DNA of 64,000 nt, taken from assembly GCA_001244265.2 (NCBI GenBank), contig CDLV01000016.1, forward strand, positions 434,001 through 498,000, in the 5' to 3' direction. The position numbers and the translations under genes are program-made. The notes beneath the pieces are model-generated. The model saw nothing but the letters and a program-made list of their open reading frames with translations, searched no databases and had not been told where the DNA came from. The first letter of the stretch is position 1. Each line of letters begins with the position of its first letter. Positions 1 through 10,931 of the stretch are shown piece after piece. Source of the stretch: Microbotryum violaceum (taxonomy: Eukaryota).

Positions 1-87
1 GCTGGCCGATCGGCTCGCCGTGTTTTGCACTCCCGTTCCCCAACCCAACTCAGCCTCGTCGCCAAAGGCGATTTCAATCGCACAACC

Positions 88-658
88 ATGCTCCCAAGGG
101 GTACAAGGCTCTTCTCGACGGCCTCGTCTACACTCTCTGTAGCTTCGAAAGCGAGAAGGGCGATCCCGCTCTACCTTCGACCCCGAGCTTCGCAATCAGC
201 TCCTAAACCCCATCCCATCCATCCGAGCCCGTCCGAGCTACTCCCGCCCCCACCCCTCAACCAGGATGGTTCTTCGAAGCTGTTGATGAGTCCCAAGGAG
301 AAGGGCAAGAAGAGGGAGGAAGGTCTCGAGGCGCTCGGGCTCAAAAATTGGGCCGAACCGCCTTTGGTAGCACAGGCCAGGGCGAAGACGGTCAAACAGA
401 GGAACGTGTGGGAGTCTTATCTGGGTCAGTCTAACACCGAACGAGGTTTTTTTTTTTGCTGTCGACGAGCTGACGACCAGAGCCTCAGTCCTACCGCCGA
501 GAACAAGGCTCTACATCTCGCTCGGCGTATTCGTCTTTGCCTTGATCGGCCTCTACGGCGGCGATTATCTCGTACCCGAGACCGAGGTCGAACGCAACAC
601 GAGGATACGTAAAGAAGAGCTGCTACAAGCACGACAAGAGGCGGCGGCGGCGGAATAA
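88..658 (+). CDS. Small probable mitochondrial single-pass membrane protein (2 exons)
   Basis: ATG 88 (MLPRGTRLFSTASS..., Arg/Ser-rich presequence-like). Intron 425-488 (GTCAGT..CTGAC..CAG) joins NVWESYL to VLPPRTRLYISLGVFVFALIGLYGGDYLVP (hydrophobic helix). TAA 656-658. Confidence 0.65.
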
Positions 659-890
659 GGAAAAGATGGCGGTACACCACAGGTCGCCTCCGCGTGATCG
701 CCTTGAACCCACAATTTCGGCCCGGGCCAGCCCTCATCTTTGGCAATCTCATTGGCATACGAATCTCTACATGTTGTTTTCAAGTAGGGTATAGACGAGA
801 TTTATTGCATTCCAATAGAGACACGTGCATACTCATCTTGGTCTATCGAGAGGGGCGAATCGTCGGGCGAAGATTCTTATCTATTCATCT

Positions 891-2417
891 TCAAACGGGC
901 TTCTCCATCGGCGTCAGGCTCGCATAGTCGATTGATCCATCCGACGTTCTACCGAATAAACGAAGTCGTTTCAGACCGCCATCTGTGGGAGAGATCGACG
1001 CAAAGAGGAGGAGACGGGGATCAGCTTTTTCCCTCTCCGGAGGGGACGTAATCTCGGCGGTGCTCGACTGACCAGGGTATATCCTCAAGTACACATGGGT
1101 CCATCTCTTGCCTTTTTCCTTCAGTCCCCTGACGTGGTGGGCGTGAGCTCCGACATTCTGTCGATCCAACAAGCATGCCCAGCCTCGCATGTCATCCTCG
1201 ATCGAGGGAGTAATGGCTTTAGCTGTCCCGCTGTCGCCGGTTTTCGTCACTTCACACCCATAAAGTGCGACCTGGTCGGGGAAATTGCCTTTGAAATCTT
1301 TGGTGTCGATATCGCACCACTCCAAAAAGCCACCCCCTTGGCCCAGTTCAGCCACGAGCCAATCGCCTCGATCGGTATCCAAATGACCGCGAGAACGACG
1401 CGTATGCCACCCGTCTTCCCTGTCCTTTCCTCGTCCTGGCAGAAGGAGGTACGAGCCCACACCGTAATGTTCGTCCGAGGTCGAGGTGACGCGACCGCCC
1501 TGCAGGATAGAGGCGAGGTCGATCGGATCGGAGTCTGGGCCGCTTACCGACATGGGTACTATGACTTGACCTTAGGCTCGAAATCGACCGATCCCATCGT
1601 CGGGATGTTGAGTCACTTTGAGGTGCGTGAAGGGGCCCATGGGCTGGGGCAGAAGTAGAAAGTGTTGCTGCGCCGGTCCGAGCGGGGTCAGGGGCAGGAT
1701 TTGCTGCCACTGATAGGGGCTCGCCAAGGTCATGGTCTCAGCGTTCGCTCCTGCAATCTTCCGGCCGACAAAAAACATCTTATGTGCTCACTGTCATTCT
1801 TGATGAATTGGCCTGATGCGACCGTAGTGCCCCACACGTCCGTCGCTGGGCATTCATTGCCGGCGAAATGCCGAGTGCTTTCGGCACCACACGACACGCC
1901 GAGAAAGAATACATTTAGTGACACCGCGTCTTGAAGGTTCAGTAAGAGAGAAATTTTGAACGCACTCGATATCAAATCTTCTATCGTCCCTGCTGCTCCG
2001 AGTTTGACAATCGCCATGTGAACCAAGGCAAGAAGTTCGAAATCGGATCCGGGCAGAATGTAGTCCGATTCGGGATCGTCAAGCCTCGTGCCTTACCAAT
2101 CATGCCTGCGGTTATGTCGCCGACTGGTACAAGGATTCGTAAGACAAGGTTAATCAACAGCTCTTCAACGGATTCCTCAGTCCGGCTGCTAGTCCAACTC
2201 ACCTTTCCCACCCATCCATGAGAGCCCCGTTCGGCCCAAACTGGCCCGGCATATCGACCGGTGGGCCCAGCTTGATCATGTTGTGAACCTCGGCGAAGAA
2301 GTCATCGCTGAACGACTCGATCGTGGACCCTAATGCGACGCTGGACAGCTCGACGAGCGATTTGAAGTACGTCGAGGAGGGGTCCAGACGAGTCGCTGGT
2401 GCCGCTGGTGCTGCCAT
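891..2417 (-). pseudogene. DAL2: Allantoicase pseudogene
   Basis: Two allantoicase repeats ([68 protein letters not shown]). Lesions: CAT instead of CAG acceptor at 2016-2018, 1-nt deletion at about 1978 (GAA GA TTT GAT ATC), in-frame TAA at 1572-1574 in the RFRAxG motif. Confidence 0.85.
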
Positions 2418-2977
2418 GGCGGAGATGACGGAGAGGTCGAGGCGGAAGTCGTGGTTCGAGGGGGGGCTGGAGAGGAAGCTGGCGAGGGTGTAGGGCTTCA
2501 GGAAGAAGCTCAAATAGATGCCTTGCTTGGAATGAAAATTTGAAGGTTCTTCCAGAATCCGAGGTGCGAGTAGCAAGAGATAAAAGATGGTCGGACGACA
2601 AGCGGGCCCGGCTTCGGGGATAGGCACCACCGACAGCCAAGGACAGCCAACGACCTGATTTACCCCACACGACAGTTCGTGGGCGGTTGTGTGCCGTGCG
2701 CAAGTTCCGTCTCGGCATTGCTGCTCTTCGAACATTTTTCACGCCTCCTTCTGGTGGTTCTTTTCCTATGTCGAGTATCGAAAGTAGCAAGAATGAAAAT
2801 GTCCCCTCAACTATATTCCAGTGAGACGAACCCAATTTCTGGGAGCTGCTTTTGACTTTCCCTTGCCCGCGCGGCGCTGCAATCGGACTCCGAGGCTTTG
2901 CGAAAGGCTCGTTGATGTGACCAGCTCTTGATCACGTCCATCCCACCCCTCTGCACGCCCCCTGCCCGACCCAAAAG

Positions 2978-4562
2978 ATGTCAACCATCAGTCAGTTCAT
3001 ACCCGAAGCATTCAGCTCTGAAGCCTACGAATCGCTCGAAGCCGCGCAGGCCCAGTTCAACAGGGATTTGCTCGAGTTCTTCCCCGAAGTCAAGCCCCCA
3101 CCTGTCGTCGAACCAACCTCACAACTCGATAGCCACGGTCGCGTCGTCTTTGGCTGGGACGTCAGTGGACCCGCCCGAGTCGATGTCGACCCAAAGGCCC
3201 AGGAAGAGATGCAGACCATCGTCGGGTGGGCGATCGAGGCGCTACGTAATGACCAGGAGAGGTGCGACAAGGTCCGCATCCTCTCGCTCGTCGACTATGG
3301 CTGGTTTCAGGAGAAGGAGATGCAAGGCATGGCCGAGATTGTCAAGAAGAGTAAGAACCTTGAGACATTCGCCATTGTGAGTTTTTAAGTTTCCAAAGAG
3401 GCGCCTTTCGCAACATGCTGCCGTATGTTGGTGCTGATTCCCCTTTTTTGGGACACCTTGACACATCGCGACGCGTCGTCGTCACCAGACCCAAGGCGAC
3501 ACCACCCACAACGCGTCCTATAGCCACTACATCGAGCCTTTATGGGAGGCATTGAAGCAAGCACCGCTGCTCGCACAGCTGATTGCCAACAACGGACCGA
3601 TCGTCCCATACAAGTACGAAACGTTTAGCTCGTCCTTGGCCCGCCTCGAATTGGCGAACGCGCAGGTCGACGACACCGACGGCGAGTTACCTGCGGGGCT
3701 CAAGTCGTTGACGCTTGACTACATCTCGGGCTTCAACAAGGCTTGGTTCAACCCTGCGGTGTTCAAAAACCTGGAAACCTTGAGACTGCGCGACGTCAAA
3801 GCCCCTGAGATCGAGATCATCACCTCGGCGATCAAGGATTTTGTCGCGACGGCGACGAAGGGGCCCTTGACACGTCTCTCGTTAGACTTATTTTTTGATT
3901 GGTTCGGGTCGATAACACCCGCGCCCGAGCTGGTTCCGGCGATGAATGAACTCCTTTCCGTTGTTCTAGCAACTTCATTCCCTCACATCGACACGCTCGA
4001 AATGCTCTCGACCCCGACCCCTTCCTCTTCGGCCTATATCAACGACACCTCCAAAGCCGTCTTCCTTCTGCAACCCCAGACCATCAAGAACGCGCTCCAA
4101 GTCATCGAGACCCTCTCGAACCTTGGCGCTACTTATTCCCAGCTGGAAACGCTCGTCCTCTTCTTTGGTCCGGGCGACGTCCTCGTCACGGCGCGAGAAC
4201 ACGAGCCTTTGCTCGCAAAAGTGCTCGAGCTCTTGGCACCGATCAAGTCGCTCAAGAAGCTCGTGATCAACCTCGTCCCTTCGCAAGCCAAGCTGGATGC
4301 TTCGGCGGCGAAGGCTTACTTTGATGCTCTTCCGGCGTTGGAGCACGTGTCGTTCAGAGCCAAGTACGATAACGCCCACGACTGGATGGCATACAAGAAG
4401 GACGGCAAAGCCGAGGGTGTGCCTTTCTGGGAACTGATCTCGGAGGAGGACACTTTGGTAGCGAACGTTGCTGTGGCTGATGTTGCCGCCGAAGAAGCAC
4501 CGAAGACTCCTGAACCGGCCGCAGAGGACAAGACCGTGGGCAGGGCAGGAGACGAACTGTAG
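2978..4562 (+). CDS. Hypothetical protein, possibly LRR/RNI-like (2 exons)
   Basis: ORFs 2978-3388 and 3552-4562 join in frame through intron 3378-3488 (GTGAGT..CAG). Recurrent LxxLxL motifs (LKSLTL, LETLRL, LTRLSL, LKKLVI, LEHVSF). Confidence 0.7.
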
Positions 4563-4675
4563 TTGTGGAAAAGCTAGATTGGAGATTTGTGACACACAAA
4601 TTGCATTCCACCTCGTAGCATTGTACCGACGAGTTGCGACACGGGGGCGGCACTGCTTCCCTACGTCCTCACTTT

Positions 4676-6230
4676 TCATGGCTTGGACTTTTTGAACTTT
4701 TTGCCCTCACGCGAACTCGAACCCTTGTCGGCGCCTGCTTTGCGCTTCTTATCCGCTTTGCTGTTCTCCTTCGACTTCCCCTCTTCTTCGGCATCAGGTG
4801 GAAAAGCACCGACGACTTGCCTCCTGGCTTCTCGTAATACCCGCTTCTCACCGAGTCGAACGGTAATGGCCATTCTCCTTCTCGGGATGAGGTCGGTCTG
4901 GGCGAGCAACGTCTCGTCCTCCTGTGAAAGTGGCCATGGCAAATGAGCATCATTCCCGCCCTGTTAACATGTTGGCGCTCATACAGACTGACCTCTATGC
5001 TCGTCTCGTACTCCTCCATCCGCCTGTCTAAGATCGCGACCGCCCATTTCGCCGAGATCGGATCCAACCTCGGTTTCGGCGGCATATCCTTCCTCTGCAC
5101 CTTTTCAAAGTCAGCCTGGTCAAGCAGTAACGTCCGGATCGTCGAGATGAGCTCTTCAGGGAGTTCAAGGGTCTTATCGAGGACAAAGGTGTCGTCGATA
5201 CCCAGTTCGAGGAGCCATTCGGCACGGGTCGATTGCTCGTCTTCGCTAAGGTCCGACCCCTGGGGACCGCCGACGAGTTCGACGACAAGTCCCAATCCGA
5301 TCTCGACGAGGTCGGCGCCGTTCTCCTCATCGACGTGGCCGTACCTTCTCAACAGGTCCGAGTTGGGTGGGTCGGCGTAGGTGTTGAAGATCTGGGCTCC
5401 AGCCGGTATCGACGCCGTCGACATCATGTTGAGCGTCGAAGGTTCGTAAAACAGTCGAGCGTTGTCACTGCCGAATCGGGCGTTGAGGAGGTCCGCCATG
5501 GGTACCATCGCTACGTCAGCGACATCTTCTCGCTCTTCTTCTTCTTCGTCGTCTGAATCAGAGTTCTCGTCGTCGCCGTCGTGTTTCCGCTTTGGCTTGT
5601 CCTCATCCTCGTCCGCCGACTCGACGTGAAACGAGCGACTGAGTATCCAGCTTCCACACCGGTGGAACAAGTCCAGCGTGTAGTCTTCCTTGTTGCCCAA
5701 GACGCTTGCGTACTCCTCAACGAAGGGCAAGAGTTCCTCCGCATACGCCAGCTCGGCTTCCTCCTTGCCGACCTTGTCCAAGACGGCAGAGCCTTTGAGT
5801 TGTTCAAGCTCAGGATCGGACCAGAACATGAGCGAGTCGAACGAGGTAGGGAGGAGGTCAAAGTAGGGCTTCCATTTCGAGGTGCGGAGGTACTCGTACA
5901 TGAGCGAGAGGATCAGAGGCGTCCATCCCGTGAGTGTCGAGAGCGGCACTTGGGACGAGAGCGACGAGGTCGAGGTCGTGAGCAAGATGGAGCGGGGCAA
6001 CGAGAACAGCAGCGTGTCCGGCTGCAGCGAGAATGGCGAGATCAGATCTGGAACTTAAATGCGCTTATGATAATCGAGACGCGCACCTGAATGTCCTGCA
6101 GCGCCACCGCACCTCGGCCCATACCCTCGAACTGGGTCAGACCGATACTCGGGTTCACCGTCGCTCCATTCGACTTGAGCCAGTCCACAAACGCTTGCTC
6201 TTGAGGTGTACTGACTTGTCCGTTAGACAT
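4676..6230 (-). CDS. SET-domain N-lysine methyltransferase, SETD6/Rkm4/Rubisco-LSMT type
   Basis: FVDWLKSNG..GMGRGAVA, SKWKPYFDLLP, SWILSRSF, MVPMADLLNA, QIFNTYADPPNSDLLRRYGHV, and a substrate-binding C-terminal domain (RRRMAITVRLGEKRVL). Two introns. Confidence 0.9.
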
Positions 6231-7327
6231 GGCTAGACAAAACTTCGTTTGCACGTGAATATGGCCAGGCTTAGTTTGAATGAACAACGATGGCACGAGA
6301 TCCCGGTGGGGGTGCTCCGCTCATGGATCGTGGGCGCCTGCGAAATGAAGGCGCTCGCACGGACCCTGTCCTGCAGGGCGCACCGGCCCGATCTGAGAGT
6401 CATTTCCGTACTTACGACTCTGTAGCGTACCTCAGCTGAGTGGTCGCGTTCATCCGACAGCGTATTTCAGTACCCACCGGACTGAAAAGTACGATCACAT
6501 CTGGCGCGGGCCTCTGTTGATCACACGGTACCTAGGTACGGCCGTCGGCACTGTACACCCGCGCCAGTATGAGTACTGGCAACCACAGTGACCCCTCTTG
6601 GGGGTCCGGTTCGACATTCGCCACTTCTGAGAGCCGGGAAGCCCCGTTGCACTCACGTGAGTACCTGACTATCAGAGAAGCGCCGAGTATTTATCGATTC
6701 GCCCACGTCTCCATGTAGTGAAGCAAGGACGGCAGTTCATCGGCTTACAAAGCGCGGTCCGCGGATCAAAGCTTCATCAAGCACGTGATCTGACTGTGTT
6801 TGTCCGCGAAGTGCACGTGAAGATTGGGCAAAGTCATAGGCTACACCCCAAAGTCAAAGCCAAGTAAGCAGGTCAGATTTGTTGCGTATTGCGTCAGATT
6901 TTGTATTGGCTCCAAGAACACGAAGGTTAGCCCCACTCACAGGGAGAGGAACGGCTCTAGTGCTTAGTAGTGTCTTGACGCGGCACCGGTCTCGATCCGA
7001 GCCTCGGCGAGGGACAGCAGGCTCTAGCAGGCCCTTCCCAAATCGCCGAAACGCTTTCGTTTCACGCCCAATCGTGCCATTCAGGCGCGCGCACGGTGGG
7101 CTCTTCTTGATTACGCGTGCACGACGCAAAGTGGGAGGTTTATTTTTGGGACCACGGCCAGGGGACTACCACCTCGAAGGATCCCGTCATCGTCGGCAAG
7201 TCGTGCCGAATAACTAACTCTTCTTCCTTCTCCGCTCAATTCACCCCTGCCAGAAAGCCCAAAAAACAATCCTTGACTTTCGTTACAACTCATCCCGTAC
7301 GCAATCAACGTCGTGCCCCTCATCATC

Positions 7328-7732
7328 ATGCTTGGCTTCGCAGCAAGCAGCGGCTCGTCGTCGTCCCCGAGCTCATCGTCCTCGGTGCTCCGACTCAAAG
7401 TGAAGCGATCTGAACCTCTACCTACCTACTCGGGCCCCAACCAAAACCCACCTTCGTACGAGCAAGCTACGGGCAAGAAGATCTTACGATCTCCTACACC
7501 GGAAGAAGACGAACATCACCCGCGGCGTCGGTCGTCCCTTTCGCATTGGCTCGACTTGGTCGTTTCGCACTCGTCGTCGTCGTCGTCCGAATCGCAATCG
7601 AGTTCGGCTGGTCCGAGCGTTGGGGCCAGAAGAAGGCGGAGGAGGGCGGCGGCGTGTATTTGGGGACAAGCTAGAGCTAGGGATGAAGCGATGATGTCGG
7701 GTTGGACAAAGGAGATCGCACCAAGGGCTTAG
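7328..7732 (+). CDS. Small Ser-rich hypothetical protein with LPTY and PPSY motifs
   Basis: ATG 7328 follows a pyrimidine-rich leader; 134-aa ORF. No family recognised. Confidence 0.4.
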   Translation: MLGFAASSGSSSSPSSSSSVLRLKVKRSEPLPTYSGPNQNPPSYEQATGKKILRSPTPEEDEHHPRRRSSLSHWLDLVVSHSSSSSSESQSSSAGPSVGARRRRRRAAACIWGQARARDEAMMSGWTKEIAPRA

Positions 7733-8216
7733 ATGGGCCGGAGGATCGTAGCCTCGGCGGTCGTCCCGGGATGAGCTGCGCCTCGAGGGTTTGTCGATAG
7801 GCTCGCGCGGAGCCTCGCGTTGGGAGCGGACTTGTACCTAGCCGTACTACAGTATCGTCTTTAGAAGTATCTTTAACAAACCCTTGCTTGTAGCTTTTGG
7901 TATGTGCGGTCTAGTGGTGTGTGAATGCACGGCGTTCCAACGATCGGGCATGCTCGCGCGTGCGTGCCTCCGAATCTCACGTGACGAGTTCGCCGGCTTT
8001 GTGTCCGAACGCCGCTGGTGCTAATGAGCGCGGTTGGCGTTATGGGATCTGGACTCCGATTGACTCGAGAACTCTTCAGAGTGATCAGCTACGCACTAGT
8101 GCCGGTTCACTCATGGCTTAGATGCATTTGCCCTGGACGGGCGGGGGTAACATGATCTCGGACCTCCGGGGTCCCGACTGAGCCCGATTCAATGCAAACC
8201 TCGCTCCGTTCGTTCC

Positions 8217-8984
8217 TCAGGTCACTTCCGACTTTCTGCCGTCCCAAAACCCCTTCCCATAAGAGACGCAGATTTCGGACCCCTTCTCGACGCCGTTGGG
8301 ACCACTCCACACGCTCATCCTTACGCCTTGCATCGTCGTCCCATCGGCGGCTTTGCACTCCCTGGATTCGAACACGGCGTTCGGTCGGTCTAATACACCT
8401 CGATAGTCGTTGATGAAGCGCGCTTCGTTACCGGCTTTGGTGGCGTCAATCCCGATCGTTTCGTAGCGTACTAGCGAGGAAGCAGTCGTCTCGGATGAGG
8501 CGTCTTCAACGATAGGGATTCGGGCGAGACAGAGATCATAATCCGAAGTCGGATCGACGTCCTGTTCGGGATGGACGACGCCTAGATAATCGCGGATCCA
8601 TGTCCGAGGTGGGATCTTGGCATTTGCGAAAATGCCGAATTGACCTTTTGCTGGGTGGGTAGCATCGATGATGCGCTTGATGCTCAGTTGAGGTGGGGCG
8701 TTTGGGATGGGGACTTGGGGGGAGCAGTAGAGGCGACGATGGGCGGCGGAGAGGTGTCTCGAGGGAAGCGGTGCAGTGAGGAATTGCACAGTGGTGGGGA
8801 AATGACTTGGGGGTTGATGCGAGGATTTGCCTTGGCCGGGAGTGTTGGTGATCGGGCTACCAGAATTGGAATTGGTTCGACCCTGTAGGGGGACAGGAGT
8901 AAGGGTGACCGGTGATCGATCAGCTTGGCTCACACACTGGTGGACAAGGCCTACATCGAGGCAGACCTTGGATGCCGAAACCAT
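8217..8984 (-). CDS. Small SET-domain protein
   Basis: HPAKGQFGIFA, IGIDATKAGNEARFINDYRG and EICVSYGKGFW SET motifs. The 5' end may contain an in-frame intron ending at about 8884. Confidence 0.85.
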   Translation of the reverse strand: MVSASKVCLDVGLVHQCVSQADRSPVTLTPVPLQGRTNSNSGSPITNTPGQGKSSHQPPSHFPTTVQFLTAPLPSRHLSAAHRRLYCSPQVPIPNAPPQLSIKRIIDATHPAKGQFGIFANAKIPPRTWIRDYLGVVHPEQDVDPTSDYDLCLARIPIVEDASSETTASSLVRYETIGIDATKAGNEARFINDYRGVLDRPNAVFESRECKAADGTTMQGVRMSVWSGPNGVEKGSEICVSYGKGFWDGRKSEVT

Positions 8985-9201
8985 CCTGTGAATTTATGTG
9001 TGGGCCATATCCGCGCACAGTCGGGATCGCGGCAGCCACCGTCGACGGGATTCAAGGGAGGAGGCGAAGTTCTAAGTGCAGGACGGGAGGAACTGGGGTT
9101 GTCGCTGTATTTTAGTATGTTTACTAATGGGGGCCTTTACGACGAGGGGAAATCGGACGCGCGCCCGCCGCCCACGGATGGGCGCAAGCTATGAGCGCAA
9201 G

Positions 9202-9243
9202 CTAATAAGCTCAACTAAAGGGGAGAGGCGTCGAGCTTATTAG
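9202..9243. repeat. 42-bp hairpin with 14-bp terminal inverted repeats, flanked by 7-bp direct repeats
   Basis: CTAATAAGCTCAAC (9202-9215) pairs with GTCGAGCTTATTAG (9230-9243) at 13/14 positions. GCGCAAG lies at 9195-9201 and 9244-9250. Confidence 0.55.
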
Positions 9244-9799
9244 GCGCAAGTTGTTTTGTGGGAGAGCTGGTCGAGTTCGAATTCCAGTACGGTTAATCCT
9301 CGGACTCTGTTCTACCCAAACAATGAGAAAACAAAGAAGAAGACCATCGTCGGAGTCGCTGTGCAACGCGGCCTGATACGTGCACGTGAGAAAAAAACCA
9401 AGAAAGCAGACACAGCGAATCGCCACACATCCCCACTTCCTCTCCATCATCCCCATCCTCGAGTCTGACCTATCCCGCCGCATTGCCAGTTGAAGCAGCT
9501 GTTGACAGCGGGTGACCACGTTAGCAGCAGCTCGCAACTTTACGTCGAGCAGACGGAACTACTAGTAGGCAGTCACACTTGGTGTGCATAAAACTCACTT
9601 TTTGTGGACAAAGTTGTTGATTCATCATTGATACCGGTCATGACGTCTTGCACTGCCGACTGGCGGACAAGGAAACCCCCTGTAACGCCAAATCCCGAGG
9701 TGGAGGCAAAGGTGGAGGTGGATGACGTAAGCAAGAGGTGGACGGTGCGGTGAAGGCGAGGTTGGCGTTCAAGATCAAGGTCAAAAACGAGCAGCATGA

Positions 9800-10055
9800 A
9801 ATGCGGTAAATTCAAAGGTGGAGGTACAATGGGGAGGTACAATGGGGAGAAACAGACGTAGAGATGAAGGCAAAGGATGAAGTTGGAGGTGATTCGAGGT
9901 GGAAGCGAATGTGATGGTGAAGGGTGAAGACGATAATCGGATGTAGAGGTGAAGATGGTGATGGTGATGGTGAAGATGGTATGATGTGGTGGGGATGGTG
10001 TGATGTGAAGGTAGATGAAGATGAACGGGCATGTGAAGGTGAAGGCGAGAGCAGG
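9800..10055 (+). repeat. Purine-rich degenerate low-complexity tract (GATGGT/GAAGGT units)
   Basis: Repeated GATGGT/GAAGAT/GAAGGT units and a tandem GGAGGTACAATGG duplication at about 9820-9847. Confidence 0.6.
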
Positions 10056-10931
10056 GTGAGCCCAAGTCCGTCGTACGAGGTCGGGTCCGGCCGATGATGC
10101 CGCAGCTGCGAGCCGGCCACGAGCGGGACTGACCCGATACAATGATAACCAACAACCTCTCCCAAACTTTTTACCTCGCAAGACGACCAGGACTGCCGTG
10201 GGCCCCTCTTCGATCAAGAGCGAGATCGGAGGCTGGTGACGATCCGAGTCAAGACCAGAGGAGGGCAGTGCCCAAGTCAGCGACGGTGGTACATACTTGC
10301 AACAAGTGGGAGGGGTGAACTCACGGTGGCTGATGGTACACTACTGCCGACTTCCACCACCTACCGCCTCGGTGCTGCGTCGATGCGCTAGTCGGTTTCG
10401 GCCCAGTGGTGGAGGAGCCATGTGAGAGGTACTCATCAACGAAGAAGAAGGAAGGAGAGAGAGAGAGGTGAGAGGGGGGGGGGCGCTTTTATACTCGCCC
10501 TGAGGCCAGACTTGGCGCTTATCAAGCGACTCGAGGTCAAGCTCTCGCTTCATCCGTGCCAATGACGCTAGCCCGCGCCGCCACCCCTCGGCATCGCAGC
10601 TCCCTCGGCGCTGCGGTCTTCCGAAAAAGGAGACCCCTCCGTCACCCGAGGTCACCAAGTCGACGTGAGTTGTAGCAGCAACAATTGACAAAGCAGTGTT
10701 CTTGATGGTTGCAAAATGAAACTCGTATTTTAACGCATCTGCTCGTACTACTCTGGGTCCGAACGACCCATTACTCGTGTTGCCCGTCCATGGCTCGGAG
10801 TCATTTTGAGGGGTCAGAAGATCGAGCTGATGAGCCAGGAGCGCGCTCACGCGCAACCTTTTCACGTCTGACGCGACGAACATCTCGGGTACTATCCTCT
10901 CACCCCCTCATCTTTCAATCTCTCACCGACC

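Noticed and set aside
9561-9590. Possible Helitron 3' end (short hairpin then CTAG-T on the minus strand); similar at about 15105-15131
   Set aside because: Stems are only 5 bp, and there is no Rep/helicase sequence in the window.
9573-10217. His/Pro/Ser-rich minus-strand ORFs
   Set aside because: Open only because the low-complexity tract lacks stop codons on that strand.
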